A DNA stretch of 64,000 nucleotides from Acidobacteriota bacterium (GCA_963663035.1 OY760074.1:1216001-1280000), one strand, 5' to 3'; counted from the first letter of the stretch, positions 14,670 through 25,948 are shown. A program made the numbers and translations. The notes: generated from the sequence alone by a model not told the origin.

Positions 14670-14803
14670 GGAGACAGGAGGTAGGAGACAGGAGGCAGGA
14701 GGTAGGAGGTAGGAGACAGGCGAAGAATTCAGAATCCAGAAGAGAGGAGTCAGCTGTCAGCGGTCAGCGTCTCCTACCTCCTGACTCCTATCTCCTACCT
14801 CCT
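14670..14803. repeat. Intergenic heptamer tandem repeats in inverted arrangement (STRR-like)
   Basis: AGGAGAC/AGGAGGT/AGGAGGC run, then GTCAGCT/GTCAGCG, then complementary CTCCTAC/CTCCTGA/CTCCTAT run. Confidence 0.75.
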
Positions 14804-16574
14804 ATTCTTTCAGCTTGAGATGCAGTTCTTTGAGTTGTTCCTGGGTGACCGCAGAGGGTGCACTGCACATGAGGTCAATGGCACGAGCCGTCTTGGGAAA
14901 GGCAATGACATCGCGCAGCGACTGTTCTCCCGCCAAGAGCATGACAATGCGGTCCAACCCCAGGGCAATGCCGCCATGGGGAGGGGCGCCGTAGCCCAGA
15001 GCTTCCAGTAAGAATCCGAATTTGGCTTCTGCCTCCTCCGGCTCGATACCCAGTGCTTTGAAGACGCGCGTCTGAATCTCTCGTTGGTGGATACGGATGG
15101 AGCCACTGCCAATTTCCAGTCCATTTAAGACAGGATCATAGGCCTTGGACCGCACTCGGGCCGGATCGCTCTCCAGAAGATCCAGATCCTCATCCAGGGG
15201 GGAGGTGAAAGGGTGATGGCAGGCAAGGTAGCGTTTTTCCTGCTCGTCCCACTCTAGAAGGGGGAAATCGTACACCCACAAAAACTCGTAGCTGTCTTGG
15301 GAAATCAAATTCTCTTCCACGGCTAGGTGCTTGCGCAGACGGCCCAGGATCGGGTGAACGTTTTTTGGGGGGCCACCCAGCATCAAGAAAAGGTCATTTT
15401 CGCGAAGCTGGGCCAGGCTCTTGGCGGATTCCAACTCCGCCTGAGGAACGGCTTTGGGCAGGGAAGACTTGAGACCCTCCGACGTCACCTTAATCCAACT
15501 CAAGTCAGCGCCGCTTGCCTGGGTCTGGACAAAGCCTCTCAGGTCATCGAGTTGCTTGCGGGAATAGCTGGCTCGCCCCGGCACTCGAATCCCCTTGATC
15601 AGACCGCCATCCTCTATAATCTGGCGAAAGATTCGAAAGCTGCTCTGGGAGAAGGCGTCAGAGACGTCCACCAATTTCAGGTCAAACCTGGTATCGGGCC
15701 GATCCGTTCCATACTGGGAAAGAGCCTCAGCGTAGCTCATGCGCGGAAAAGGAGTCGGGACCGAGATGTCGGCCAGGGCGAAAACCCTCTCCAGTAATCC
15801 CTCAACCACCTGAAAGATGGTGTCCATTTGTGGAAACGAGATCTCCAGGTCAATCTGAGTAAACTCCGGCTGCCGGTCTGATCTGAGGTCCTCATCTCGA
15901 AAACAGCGAGCGATCTGAAAGTAGCGGTCAAAACCGGCTACCATCAGCAGTTGCTTGAACAACTGAGGCGACTGAGGCAGGGCATAGAACTGGCCGGGAT
16001 AGAGACGGCTGGGCACCAGGTAGTCACGCGCACCTTCTGGAGTTGATCGGGTCAGGATGGGGGTCTCGATCTCCAAGAATGCCTCCTCGTCCAGGAACTT
16101 TCGGATCTCCAGGCACACCTGATGTCGGAGGCGGAGATTGTGCTGCAGACGCTCCCTCCGGAGATCCAAAAAGCGGTAATGGAGTCGCGTTTCTTCCGAG
16201 GCCGAGGTGGGGGAATTGATGGGGAAAGGAGGAGTCTGGGAAGCATTGAGCAAACTGATCGCTTCTGCCTGAATCTCCAGCCGGCCAGTGGGAAGCTGTG
16301 GATTCACCGTTTCCTCTTCTCGCCAGACCACCTGGCCGGTGACGGCCAGCACGTCTTCGGGACGAGCCTCTTTTGCCTTGGCCAGGCCATCGGGCCACTC
16401 GGGCTTGGCCACTACCTGCACGATTCCTTCTCGATCGCGCAGATCCAGGAAAATCAAATTCCCCAGGTCGCGGCGACGGTCCACCCACCCCATGACGGTG
16501 ACCGTCTTCTCGACATACTTCTCCGTGATCAAGCCACAGGGGCAAGTCCGTTTGAGATCTCCTAGTGGGTCCAT
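14802..16574 (-). CDS. aspS: Aspartyl-tRNA synthetase
   Basis: GWVDRRRDLG, STPEGARDYLVPSR, LPQSPQLFKQLLM and PPHGGIALGLDR. Confidence 0.97.
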   Translation of the reverse strand: MDPLGDLKRTCPCGLITEKYVEKTVTVMGWVDRRRDLGNLIFLDLRDREGIVQVVAKPEWPDGLAKAKEARPEDVLAVTGQVVWREEETVNPQLPTGRLEIQAEAISLLNASQTPPFPINSPTSASEETRLHYRFLDLRRERLQHNLRLRHQVCLEIRKFLDEEAFLEIETPILTRSTPEGARDYLVPSRLYPGQFYALPQSPQLFKQLLMVAGFDRYFQIARCFRDEDLRSDRQPEFTQIDLEISFPQMDTIFQVVEGLLERVFALADISVPTPFPRMSYAEALSQYGTDRPDTRFDLKLVDVSDAFSQSSFRIFRQIIEDGGLIKGIRVPGRASYSRKQLDDLRGFVQTQASGADLSWIKVTSEGLKSSLPKAVPQAELESAKSLAQLRENDLFLMLGGPPKNVHPILGRLRKHLAVEENLISQDSYEFLWVYDFPLLEWDEQEKRYLACHHPFTSPLDEDLDLLESDPARVRSKAYDPVLNGLEIGSGSIRIHQREIQTRVFKALGIEPEEAEAKFGFLLEALGYGAPPHGGIALGLDRIVMLLAGEQSLRDVIAFPKTARAIDLMCSAPSAVTQEQLKELHLKLKE

Positions 16575-16587
16575 GGCCGATTCCTAC

Positions 16588-17841
16588 TCATTCTTCCCTC
16601 ACATAAGCAGCCAACTTTTCCCGGGTCAGCGTGACCTGGTGGCCGTCTTCCATGCGCTTGAGGGGAAACTCACCACTTTCTCTCTCTTCTTCGCCGATAA
16701 CACAGGTGAAACGACTGTTGAGCCGATTGGCTAGCCTCATCTGTGCTTTCAGGCTGCGACCCTGGAAGTCGATATAAGCGAAAATTGCCTGGCGGCGCAG
16801 TTCTTGAGCCAGTTGCAGGCCCTCCTCCAGAGCCCGCTCATCCAGGCAGGCAAAGAAAATATCTGGTCGAGGCAGCTGAGAATCCTGGGTTTCCTCCAGC
16901 AATACCACCAGACGCTCGATCCCCAAGGCAAATCCGAATCCCTGAACAGGGGGACCACCGAGGAGCTCTGAAAGGCCATCGTAACGTCCCCCGCCTACCA
17001 CGGCATTCTGTGTGGGGCCCAGCTTCGAGGTGACGATTTCAAAAGTGGTTCCAACGTAGTAGTCCAGTCCTCGAACCAGGCGGGGTATCACCTCATAGCG
17101 GATCTTCAGCTGCTCCAGATAGGCACGAAAACTTTCAAAGTGTTGCCGGCAGTTCTCACAGAGGTGCTCGAGAATGGAAGGAAACTCGTCAATCACAGGC
17201 TGACAGGCAGGAACCTTGCAATCGAGCACCCTCAGTGGATTGGTTTCACTCCGCTGCTGACACTGGGGGCACAAGTCGTCCTGATGCTTGCTCAACTCCT
17301 CCCGCAAGAGCTTCACATATCCAGGGCGGCAAGTGGTACAGCCGATGGAGTTCACCAGCAGGCGAAGTTCCGTGGCTCCCAGCTCTTCTAAAAAGCGATC
17401 CAGCATGTCGATCACCTCGGCTTCCAGAGCCGGATGATCTGAACCCAGTACCTCGACCCCCAGCTGGTGAAACTGCCGGTAGCGTCCTTTTTGAGGTCGC
17501 TCATGGCGGAACATGGGTCCAATGTAGTACAGCTTGTGGATTCCCCCGTCACGAGAGAGGCCGTGCTCAAGGTTGGCTCTCATGACCGAAGCCGTGCCCT
17601 CGGGCCGAAGACTGATGTTCTTTCCCTTGCTGTCGCTGAAGGTGTACATTTCTTTTTGAACGATATCGCTTTCCGACCCGATGCTGCGGGCGAACAATTC
17701 GGTCTGCTCGAAGATGGGGGTGCGTACCTCGGCATAGCCATAGAGCTCAAAAAGGCGACGAGCGCTGGTTTCAATCCTCTGCCAGAGTCCGACGGACTCC
17801 GGCAGCAGGTCATGAGTGCCGCGAACCGACTTGAATTTCAT
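16588..17841 (-). CDS. hisS: Histidyl-tRNA synthetase
   Basis: LRPEGTAS, FRHERPQKGRYRQFHQ, LVRGLDYY and GGGRYDGL. Confidence 0.97.
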   Translation of the reverse strand: MKFKSVRGTHDLLPESVGLWQRIETSARRLFELYGYAEVRTPIFEQTELFARSIGSESDIVQKEMYTFSDSKGKNISLRPEGTASVMRANLEHGLSRDGGIHKLYYIGPMFRHERPQKGRYRQFHQLGVEVLGSDHPALEAEVIDMLDRFLEELGATELRLLVNSIGCTTCRPGYVKLLREELSKHQDDLCPQCQQRSETNPLRVLDCKVPACQPVIDEFPSILEHLCENCRQHFESFRAYLEQLKIRYEVIPRLVRGLDYYVGTTFEIVTSKLGPTQNAVVGGGRYDGLSELLGGPPVQGFGFALGIERLVVLLEETQDSQLPRPDIFFACLDERALEEGLQLAQELRRQAIFAYIDFQGRSLKAQMRLANRLNSRFTCVIGEEERESGEFPLKRMEDGHQVTLTREKLAAYVREE

Positions 17842-17851
17842 CTGGACATCA

Positions 17852-18334
17852 TTATAAACGCGCCTTCAAGCGCTGGTAAATATTCTGGCGATGGGTGCCA
17901 CCCCAGTAGATTCGCTGGCACCCTGGACAGCGCTTGAAACGGGAATGGCTTTTGTAAACGTAGGGAGGAACCTGGGGACGGATCCCATCCTTGCTCACCT
18001 TCTCCAAGGGAGCATTGCAGCGAAGACAGCGTGTGAGGAGGCGTTCCGGAGACAGATCGTGGCCGAGAAATTCGAGGACTTCCCGAATCTGCTGGAACAG
18101 CTCCTCGTTTTGAATCAGCAGGCAGCGAGAGGCCTCGAGGCGCTGCTGCAGCGGACGATCCCGGGTCAGAGTAATACGGCCTTCGCGGTGGCTGCGAGCG
18201 ATGATTTGATCATCCTCGATTCGATTGTCATAAACGGTATCGTATCCCAGAATTCGCAGCCACCTGGCCAGGCTGCCCAGCATGACATCTGCGAGAAATT
18301 GGGGACGGGCGGAGGCACAGGGCTGATCCGACAC
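17852..18334 (-). CDS. Mut7-C RNase (PIN-like) domain protein
   Basis: FLADVMLGSLARWLRILGYDT, LTRD, RCLRCN...CPGCQRIYWGGTH. Confidence 0.88.
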   Translation of the reverse strand: MSDQPCASARPQFLADVMLGSLARWLRILGYDTVYDNRIEDDQIIARSHREGRITLTRDRPLQQRLEASRCLLIQNEELFQQIREVLEFLGHDLSPERLLTRCLRCNAPLEKVSKDGIRPQVPPYVYKSHSRFKRCPGCQRIYWGGTHRQNIYQRLKARL

Positions 18335-18336
18335 TG

Positions 18337-19260
18337 CTACTCGAGGACGTTGCCTACAGAGCGGAATTTCTCAAATCGAGCAGCCAGCCGCTCATCCGGA
18401 CCAAGACTCCGTATCGCTTTGAGATTGCGCTGCAAGGCCATCTTCAAAATGGCAGCGGCCTCATCCCAGTTCAAGTGAGCACCTCCTGGAGGTTCCGGAA
18501 CAATCTCATCAATAAGCTTGAATTTGAGCAGATCCTGGGCCGTCAGCCGCAAAGCCTGGGCTGCTTCCTGGACGTGGTCTTGATCCTTCCACAAGATGGC
18601 GGAGCAGCTTTCCGGAGAGATCACTGAATAGATCGAGTGCTCGAGCATAATTACACGATCTCCCAGGCTAATGGCAAGAGCTCCCCCGCTGCCTCCTTCC
18701 CCCAAAACAGTCACAACGATGGGTACGCGAAGCCGGACCATAGAGCGAAGATTGTCGGCAATGGCTTGGGCCTGACCTCGTGCCTCAGCTCCAAGTCCGG
18801 GATAGGCGCCCGGGGTATCAATGAAGGTGAAAATGGGCCGATTGAACTTCTCAGCCAGGGACATGAGACGGATGGATTTACGGTAGCCTTCGGGCTTGGC
18901 CATTCCGTAGTTGCGATAGAGACGATCTTTTGTGTTGCGGCCTTTCTGCTGGCCGATGACCAAGACCGGTTCTCCCTCAAAGAGGGCCATCCCTCCAACC
19001 ATCGCCGGATCATCTTTAAACTTGCGATCTCCATGAATGGGGCGGAAGGACGAAAAGAGGCGGGTGATGTAGTCAAGCGTGTAGGGGCGATCCTGGTTGC
19101 GGGCCAGCTGAATCTGTTCCCAAGCAGTCAGCTTCTCGTCCGTGTCGGCCTCCAGTTGGGCAATCAGCTGTTTGAGAGTAGCAATCTCCGCGGTGGCGTC
19201 CACAGGAAGCTCTTCGACACGCTCCTTGAGATGAGTTAACTCCTTCAGCTTGCTGTTCAC
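18337..19260 (-). CDS. accA: Acetyl-CoA carboxylase carboxyltransferase alpha subunit
   Basis: HGDRKFKDD, PEGYRK, DTPGAYPG, GEGGSGGALA and YSVISPE. Confidence 0.96.
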   Translation of the reverse strand: MNSKLKELTHLKERVEELPVDATAEIATLKQLIAQLEADTDEKLTAWEQIQLARNQDRPYTLDYITRLFSSFRPIHGDRKFKDDPAMVGGMALFEGEPVLVIGQQKGRNTKDRLYRNYGMAKPEGYRKSIRLMSLAEKFNRPIFTFIDTPGAYPGLGAEARGQAQAIADNLRSMVRLRVPIVVTVLGEGGSGGALAISLGDRVIMLEHSIYSVISPESCSAILWKDQDHVQEAAQALRLTAQDLLKFKLIDEIVPEPPGGAHLNWDEAAAILKMALQRNLKAIRSLGPDERLAARFEKFRSVGNVLE

Positions 19261-19314
19261 TTGTCTTCCTTATAGATAGCTCTCAGAACACCATTTTTTA
19301 GGCGATGTTTAGCT

Positions 19315-22300
19315 TCAAGTATACAGGGCTACGGAGTTTTCGCCAAAAAGGTCTTCCACCTCTTGGACAAAGGAGGGAATGGGATTGATGAGAAGATCTT
19401 CCATGGGAATGACACGAATGCAATATTCATCTTTCTGGAGAAGCTCAAATTCCAACGGGCAGGTTCCATGATAATGAGTCACCAGCGAATGCAGCGTTGA
19501 AACTTTTTTGGAATCCAGGGAGGGAAGGGAAATCCGGATTCGGGTTCTTTGAACAGCTTTGTTCCAAAGCGTCTCCAACTGCAGGATCTCTGAGCTGAGC
19601 AAACGGATCTCTCCTGTGGGGTCCAACTCACAGCGCCCCTTGACCAGGACCGGCAAATCGTCCTCGATCAGCGGTTGGTAACGCTTGTAGACGTTGGGCC
19701 AGACCAACACCTGGAGAGTTCCCAGAAGATCCTCCAGCTTGAAGGTGGCCATTGAAGCCCCCTTACGGGTACGGAAATTCTTTAGACCCGTGATCATTCC
19801 GCCGATGGATATCTCTCGACCCGAAAGTTCTTCGGTGATGTCCAGGGTAGACAGTCGGGAAAACTGCTTCAACTCCTTGCTGAAGTTCTGCAGCGGATGG
19901 CTGGTCACGTAGTATCCCAAGGCTTCCTTCTCAAAAGCCCACTTCTGGCGATCCGGCCATTCCCCAACCTCAGGAATATCCTGAACTTGACCCTTCTCAG
20001 ACTGGGGTTCTGGAGCCAAAAACAATTTCTTTTGACCGGTCAGACGGTCCCTCTGGACCTTCTGCCCGGACTCTATAGCCCGATCCAGAGATTCCATGAC
20101 CGATTTGCGATGATAGCCCAGAGAATCGAAGGCTCCGGCCTTGGTCAACCCATCCAGGGCACGTCGGTTGACGGCCCGCAGATCAACCGTCTCACAGAAG
20201 TCGAAAAAGCTGGAAAAGGGACCGTTCTCGCCTCGGCAGGTCAGGATGGCTCGGATAGCAGACTCTCCCACGTTTCGAATCGCAGCCAGGCCAAATTTGA
20301 TGTCCTTTCCTGAGGCCATGAAATCGAGTTGACTGGCGTTGATGTCGGGGGGCAACACGCGGATACCCATTTCCTTGGTCTCGGCCAGGTGCTTCACGAT
20401 CTTGTCCGTATTGGACATCTCACTGGTGAGCACGGCTGCCATAAACTGAACGGGATAGTGAGTCTTGAGGTAAGCCGTCTGATAGGCAAGGAGCGCATAG
20501 GCCGTGGAATGGCTTTTATTGAAGCCGTAACCTGCAAACTGCTCCATCAATTTAAAGATCCGCTCAGCTCTGCTGGCCTCAATATTGTTCTTTTTACAGC
20601 CGGCCAGAAACGCTTTTCTCTGTGCCTGCATGACCTTTTTCTTCTTCTTGCCCATGGCCCGGCGCAACAGGTCGGCTCCCCCCAGAGAAAAACCGCCCAG
20701 CTGGCTGGCAATCTGCATGACTTGCTCCTGATAGACAATCACCCCATAGGTCTCCTTGAGGATCTCCTCAAGAGCCTTGAGCTCCTCTTCGATCTGGACC
20801 TGGCCGTGGCGACGCGCAATAAAATCGTCGATCATGCCACCTTGGATGGGTCCCGGGCGGTACAGAGCATTTAAGGCAATGAGGTCCTCGAAACGGCTGG
20901 GTTGGAGACGTCGCAAGATGTCGCGCATACCCGAGGATTCAAACTGAAAAATGCCGGTGGTTTTGCCTTCACAAAAAAGCTGAAAGGTCTTCTCTTCATT
21001 GAGCTCCAGCTCGGCCAGGTCCAGAGTCACCCCTAACTGGGCCTGGATTTGTGCCACGGTCTGATGGATGACGGTCAAAGTGGTCAGGGCCAGAAAATCC
21101 ATCTTCAGAAGACCCAGACGCTCCAGGTCTGTCATGGAATACTGGGTGGTAATCTCGTCCTTGTTGCTCTTGTAAAGAGGAATCAAGTCGATGAGGGGCT
21201 TGGGGGCAATCACCACTCCGGCCGCGTGGGTGGAGGCATGGCGAGCCAATCCTTCCAACTGCTGGGCGACTGTGATCAGCTGGGCGTAGGGAGAGCCCTT
21301 TGCTGCAGCTTCTTTGAGTTCCGGCACCCGTTGGACAGCTTTTTTCAGTGTGGTGTCCGGAGCCTGGGGAACCAAGCGAGCGATTTTGTCCACTTCTGCG
21401 TAGGGGATGTCCAGACTGCGTCCCACATCCCGAATGGCCCCTCGGGCAGCCATGGTGCCGAAGGTGATAATCTGGCTGACATTCTCCCGGCCGTATTTGG
21501 AGGTCACGTAATCGATGACTTCACCACGACGCAGCATACAAAAGTCGATATCGATATCGGGAGGGGTGACGCGTTCTGGATTGAGGAAGCGCTCGAAGAG
21601 AAGATCATATTGAAGGGGATCCACATCGGTGATCCGCATGGCATAGGAGACCAGGGAGCCTGCCACTGATCCTCGTCCGGGTCCCACCGGTATCTGGTTT
21701 TCCCGCGCATAGCGAATAAAGTCCCACACGATGAGAAAGTAGCCGCAAAACTGCATCTTCTTGATGATTTCGATTTCCTGCTTCAAGCGCTCTGGATATT
21801 GGGTGAGCGGGCAGCGAAGTTTCTTGAGACTCGCTTGTTTTTCGAGACGATGGAGGCGGCTCTCATATCCGTCGTGGACCACTTTTTCAAAATAGCTGTC
21901 CAGGGTGTGATCGGAAGGGACCTCGAATTCCGGAAAGATATTCTCCGGTTCACCCAGCTCGAATGTGCACTTTTCAGCGATCTCCAACGTATTGGAGAGA
22001 GCCTCAGGCACTGGATCAAAGAGAGCCGCCATCTCCTGGTCGCTTTTGAAGTAGAACTCATTGCTGCTGTAGCGGAGGCGGTTCTCATCGTGAATTGTCT
22101 TCCCCGTCTGGATACACAGCAAAACATCGTGGGCGAAGGAGTCTCCTTGCGACAGATAATGGCAGTCGTTGGTGGCCACCATGGGGAGATCCAGGTCGCG
22201 GGACAGATTCATCACCTGGGAGTTGACCTTCTTTTGCTCCTCCAGCCCATGATTCTGTAACTCCAGGTAAAAGTTTTCTGGCCCCAGGATCTCAGCCAGC

Positions 22301-22779
22301 CGACCCGCCTCCTGGAGAGCTTCCGAGTACTTATCCTGGAGGATATTCCAGGCCACAATCCCTTTCAGGCAGGCGGAAAGCCCCAGCAGTCCCTCGCTGT
22401 GCTCCTGGAGCAGTTCGATATCGATGCGGGGACGATAGTAAAAACCTTCCAGATAGCCGAGGGAGACGAGTTTGACCAGATTCTGATAGCCGGTAGCATC
22501 TTTGGCCAGCAGAACCAGATGATTGCTCTGATCGGAACGACCGTTTTTGAACTTGCGTCCCTCCCGGGCAACGTAGACTTCACAACCGATAATGGGCTTG
22601 ACCCCGTATTTGAGGGCCAGGTCGTGAAATTGAACAGCTCCAAACAGGTTGCCATGATCCGAGAGGGCTAAAGCCGGCATCTTCAGCTCCGAGGCACGAC
22701 GCACCACTGCCTCCAACGGATTGGCCCCATCCAGGAGACTAAAATGACTATGGAGGTGCAGGTGAACGAATTTACTCAA
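19315..22779 (-). CDS. dnaE: DNA polymerase III alpha subunit
   Basis: PHP domain HLHLHSHFSLLDG, PGRGS, PDIDIDF, YGFNKSHS; no intein visible. Confidence 0.98.
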   Translation of the reverse strand: MSKFVHLHLHSHFSLLDGANPLEAVVRRASELKMPALALSDHGNLFGAVQFHDLALKYGVKPIIGCEVYVAREGRKFKNGRSDQSNHLVLLAKDATGYQNLVKLVSLGYLEGFYYRPRIDIELLQEHSEGLLGLSACLKGIVAWNILQDKYSEALQEAGRLAEILGPENFYLELQNHGLEEQKKVNSQVMNLSRDLDLPMVATNDCHYLSQGDSFAHDVLLCIQTGKTIHDENRLRYSSNEFYFKSDQEMAALFDPVPEALSNTLEIAEKCTFELGEPENIFPEFEVPSDHTLDSYFEKVVHDGYESRLHRLEKQASLKKLRCPLTQYPERLKQEIEIIKKMQFCGYFLIVWDFIRYARENQIPVGPGRGSVAGSLVSYAMRITDVDPLQYDLLFERFLNPERVTPPDIDIDFCMLRRGEVIDYVTSKYGRENVSQIITFGTMAARGAIRDVGRSLDIPYAEVDKIARLVPQAPDTTLKKAVQRVPELKEAAAKGSPYAQLITVAQQLEGLARHASTHAAGVVIAPKPLIDLIPLYKSNKDEITTQYSMTDLERLGLLKMDFLALTTLTVIHQTVAQIQAQLGVTLDLAELELNEEKTFQLFCEGKTTGIFQFESSGMRDILRRLQPSRFEDLIALNALYRPGPIQGGMIDDFIARRHGQVQIEEELKALEEILKETYGVIVYQEQVMQIASQLGGFSLGGADLLRRAMGKKKKKVMQAQRKAFLAGCKKNNIEASRAERIFKLMEQFAGYGFNKSHSTAYALLAYQTAYLKTHYPVQFMAAVLTSEMSNTDKIVKHLAETKEMGIRVLPPDINASQLDFMASGKDIKFGLAAIRNVGESAIRAILTCRGENGPFSSFFDFCETVDLRAVNRRALDGLTKAGAFDSLGYHRKSVMESLDRAIESGQKVQRDRLTGQKKLFLAPEPQSEKGQVQDIPEVGEWPDRQKWAFEKEALGYYVTSHPLQNFSKELKQFSRLSTLDITEELSGREISIGGMITGLKNFRTRKGASMATFKLEDLLGTLQVLVWPNVYKRYQPLIEDDLPVLVKGRCELDPTGEIRLLSSEILQLETLWNKAVQRTRIRISLPSLDSKKVSTLHSLVTHYHGTCPLEFELLQKDEYCIRVIPMEDLLINPIPSFVQEVEDLFGENSVALYT

Positions 22780-22843
22780 GGTACTCGTGCTGTCCCTCTG
22801 TCGTGCGTGGGAGGCACCTCAGGTGCCGAATCCCTACTTTCGA

Positions 22844-24388
22844 TCATTCCCATTCAATGGTAGCGGGGGGCTTGGAGCTAATATCATAGACCACTCGGTT
22901 GATTCCTTGGACCTCGTTGACAATCCGGTTTGAGATCCGCCCTAAAAGCTCTTGAGGCAGGTGTACCCAGTCGGCTGTCATCCCGTCTACAGAATAAATG
23001 GCACGGATTGCGATGACCTTTTCGTAGGTTCTCTCATCCCCCATGACACCGACAGTCTTGATGGGAAGCAAGATGGCGAACGACTGCCAGATCTTAGCAT
23101 AGAGGTCTGCATCTTTTATTTCCTGTTCCAAGATCTTATCCGCCTCTCGCAGAGTGCTCAGACGAGCTTCGGTGACTTCTCCGATGATCCGTACAGCCAA
23201 TCCGGGTCCAGGAAAGGGCTGGCGCTGGATCAGGGCTTCAGGCAAACCCAACTCCTGACCCACACGTCGAACCTCATCCTTGAAGAGACCTTTCACAGGC
23301 TCCACCAGCGAGAGCTTCATTCGCTCGGGCAGTCCCCCCACATTGTGATGACTTTTAATGACGGCTGAGGGTCCCAACACCGAGACCGATTCAATGACAT
23401 CCGGATAGAGGGTGCCTTGAACAAGAAATTGAACATCGCCCAATTTTTTGGCCTCCCTCTCGAAAACACGGATGAATTGTTCCCCAATAATTTTTCGCTT
23501 TTGCTCGGGATCCTCGACGCCGGCCAGCTTCTTTACAAAGTCACGGCTGGCATCGACGCCCACTACATTCAGGGAGAGTTCTCCACGAAGAGTCCCCAGC
23601 ACTTCTTGAAACTCACCCTTACGAAGCAAACCATTGTCGACGAAAATCGAGGTGAGCCGATCCCCGATGGCCTGATGGACCAGAGTGGCAACGACGGTGG
23701 AATCCACTCCCCCTGATATTCCACAGATGGCTTTCCCCTGACCGATTTGAGCGGAGATCTCAGTGATTGCATTTTCCGCAAAGGAGGTCATCGTCCAGTC
23801 CCCGCGGCACTGGCAGATCTCAAAAAGAAAGTTTTTCAAGATTTCGTGACCGCTCGGTGTATGAACAACTTCCGGGTGAAATTGCAATCCGAAAATCTTT
23901 CGATCCTGATTGGACATGGCTGCCAGGCCACTCTTGCTGCGGGCAATCTCAGTGAAATCCGGTGGAACGGTCTCGATCCGGTCCCCGTGGCTCATCCACA
24001 CTTCCATTTCTTCAGGCAGACCTTGAAACAGAGGGCTTGGCTCGACCCGCTGAATATGGGCTCTTCCATATTCTCGGTTGTCTGAGGGGGCGACCTTTCC
24101 TCCAAAATGATGGGCCAGAAGCTGCATTCCGTAGCAAATGCCCAGCAGCGGACCTTTAAAATCGAAAAGACGGGCATCGGGATGAGGAGCGTCCTCTGCG
24201 AAAACCGACTGGGGTCCTCCTGAGAGTACAATTCCTTTGGGATCGAGGCTTTCGATTTCCTCCCAGGAGTTGTTAAAAGGGAGGACCTGGGAGTACACTC
24301 CAGCCTCTCGAATGGAGCGGGTAATCAGCCGCGTGTACTGGGAGCCAAAGTCGAGAATGAGAACATTTTCCCTAAGCATAGCACTCAA
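22844..24388 (-). CDS. guaA: GMP synthase (glutamine-hydrolysing)
   Basis: [46 protein letters not shown]. Confidence 0.98.
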   Translation of the reverse strand: MSAMLRENVLILDFGSQYTRLITRSIREAGVYSQVLPFNNSWEEIESLDPKGIVLSGGPQSVFAEDAPHPDARLFDFKGPLLGICYGMQLLAHHFGGKVAPSDNREYGRAHIQRVEPSPLFQGLPEEMEVWMSHGDRIETVPPDFTEIARSKSGLAAMSNQDRKIFGLQFHPEVVHTPSGHEILKNFLFEICQCRGDWTMTSFAENAITEISAQIGQGKAICGISGGVDSTVVATLVHQAIGDRLTSIFVDNGLLRKGEFQEVLGTLRGELSLNVVGVDASRDFVKKLAGVEDPEQKRKIIGEQFIRVFEREAKKLGDVQFLVQGTLYPDVIESVSVLGPSAVIKSHHNVGGLPERMKLSLVEPVKGLFKDEVRRVGQELGLPEALIQRQPFPGPGLAVRIIGEVTEARLSTLREADKILEQEIKDADLYAKIWQSFAILLPIKTVGVMGDERTYEKVIAIRAIYSVDGMTADWVHLPQELLGRISNRIVNEVQGINRVVYDISSKPPATIEWE

Positions 24389-24512
24389 CTGGGAGGTTCC
24401 AGGTCTCGGGTTTCAGCCTTTTGCATACCATTCTGGGACCTGGAATTTCGCATGGAAGTATAGCACGGCTATTTCTTGACTCCTCGCTTGTAAAACTCGA
24501 CCATTAGTACTT

Positions 24513-25334
24513 ATGAGTCCAATGCTCGTCAATGACTCAGTGCAGGCTCTTTTCCTTGGCATCCTTCAAGGTATCACCGAGTTTCTTCCCATCAGCAGCT
24601 CCGCTCACCTGATTCTGTTCCCCTGGTTTCTGGGTTGGGAGCCGATGGGACTGATCTTCGACGTGGTTCTTCACGGGGGAACAACGCTGGCTATGCTGAT
24701 CTATTTTCGCAAGGAATGGAAGGAGCTTAGTCAACAATTTATCAAGTATTTCACTAAGGCCTCAAGAGGGGAAGCGACCCTTCTGGGTGCTTTGATTTTG
24801 GGAACCATTCCAGCCGGTACGGTCGGTAGGCTAGCTTTAGAGTTCATTGAAAGCTCTCTGCGAGGACCGCTTGTCATTGGGATGACGCTCTGTGCTTTTG
24901 GACTCCTGTTGGGGTGGTCCGATAGGACCGCCCGCCAGACGCGCAGCCTCAGCAGTATCACCATGACAGAGGGTTTACTGATTGGCTTGGCCCAAGCTGT
25001 GGCTCTGGTTCCAGGGGTGAGCCGGGCGGGAGTGACCATTTCGGTGGCTCTGATATTGGGATTTTCCCGAACAGATTCCGCCCGCTTTTCCTTCTTGTTG
25101 GGAACGCCGCTCCTGATGGGAGCAACCTTCCACAGCCTTTTCATGCTGTGGCAGTCTCAGATTAACGGCTTGAGCACTGTTTTACCTCTCCTGTTTGGTG
25201 TAATATTTTCTTTTGTCAGTGCTTTCTTATGCATCAGATATCTTCTTCAATTTCTTCAAACCCATACCTACCGTCCCTTCGTCATCTATCGCTTGCTGCT
25301 TGCTGCCTTTGTTTTTGTCTGGCTGCTTCTTTGA
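24513..25334 (+). CDS. uppP: Undecaprenyl-diphosphatase
   Basis: QGITEFLPISSSAHL, PGVSRAGVTI and ARFSFLL. Confidence 0.95.
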   Translation: MSPMLVNDSVQALFLGILQGITEFLPISSSAHLILFPWFLGWEPMGLIFDVVLHGGTTLAMLIYFRKEWKELSQQFIKYFTKASRGEATLLGALILGTIPAGTVGRLALEFIESSLRGPLVIGMTLCAFGLLLGWSDRTARQTRSLSSITMTEGLLIGLAQAVALVPGVSRAGVTISVALILGFSRTDSARFSFLLGTPLLMGATFHSLFMLWQSQINGLSTVLPLLFGVIFSFVSAFLCIRYLLQFLQTHTYRPFVIYRLLLAAFVFVWLLL

Positions 25335-25948
25335 GCGAGAGTCTCGGTGGGCAGGATGCAACGGAGGAAGATGAGCTCCTTCCAGTTCGGCACAATCCGA
25401 TTCTCAGAGAATTCTTTCGAAGACAGTTCTCTGGCATGCGATCATCTGGCAGCACCCGTTACCCAGGGAGTGACCGCTTCAACGATGCCCTGATTGATCG
25501 TCAGATCGACCATTATGTAAAGGAACTGCGTGAAAAACTGACTCTCTTAAAAACCCATTTTGGGGAGGTTGAGCGAGAACGGGAAGCCATCCGCCAGGCT
25601 ATTTCTACTGCGGAGCGTCGACAGGCCAGAGTCGACCGCAAGAGAGCTCTTGGTGGAGTTCAGGAGCAGGCCGGAGATCTTTGGAATATGCTCCGCTACA
25701 TCTTTGTTGCCCTGGAAGACAAAGGAGATTTCAAGCCTCTCATCGAGACCACCGACACCGGCTCACTGTTTGATAAGGAAATCCAGTTTATAGGTGAGCA
25801 GATTGAAGTAGCAGAGAAGAGAATTACCCAATACTTCTTCGAGGCAGACAGCACCATCAGTCTGGAAGATCTCCAAGGGGAAAACATGCTGATCCATCTG
25901 TACCGGGTTCGGGAGATGGCCAAGAGGTTGAGGGAGCGGGGAGGATGA
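25331..25948 (+). CDS. Hypothetical helical protein (start uncertain)
   Basis: Open frame following uppP with a TTGA overlap; charged coiled-coil-like composition. Confidence 0.55.
   Translation: MSESLGGQDATEEDELLPVRHNPILREFFRRQFSGMRSSGSTRYPGSDRFNDALIDRQIDHYVKELREKLTLLKTHFGEVEREREAIRQAISTAERRQARVDRKRALGGVQEQAGDLWNMLRYIFVALEDKGDFKPLIETTDTGSLFDKEIQFIGEQIEVAEKRITQYFFEADSTISLEDLQGENMLIHLYRVREMAKRLRERGG

Noticed and set aside
12895-24479. Numerous antisense ORFs over mutL, aspS, hisS, accA, dnaE and guaA
   Set aside because: Shadows of well-supported housekeeping genes in moderately GC-rich DNA.
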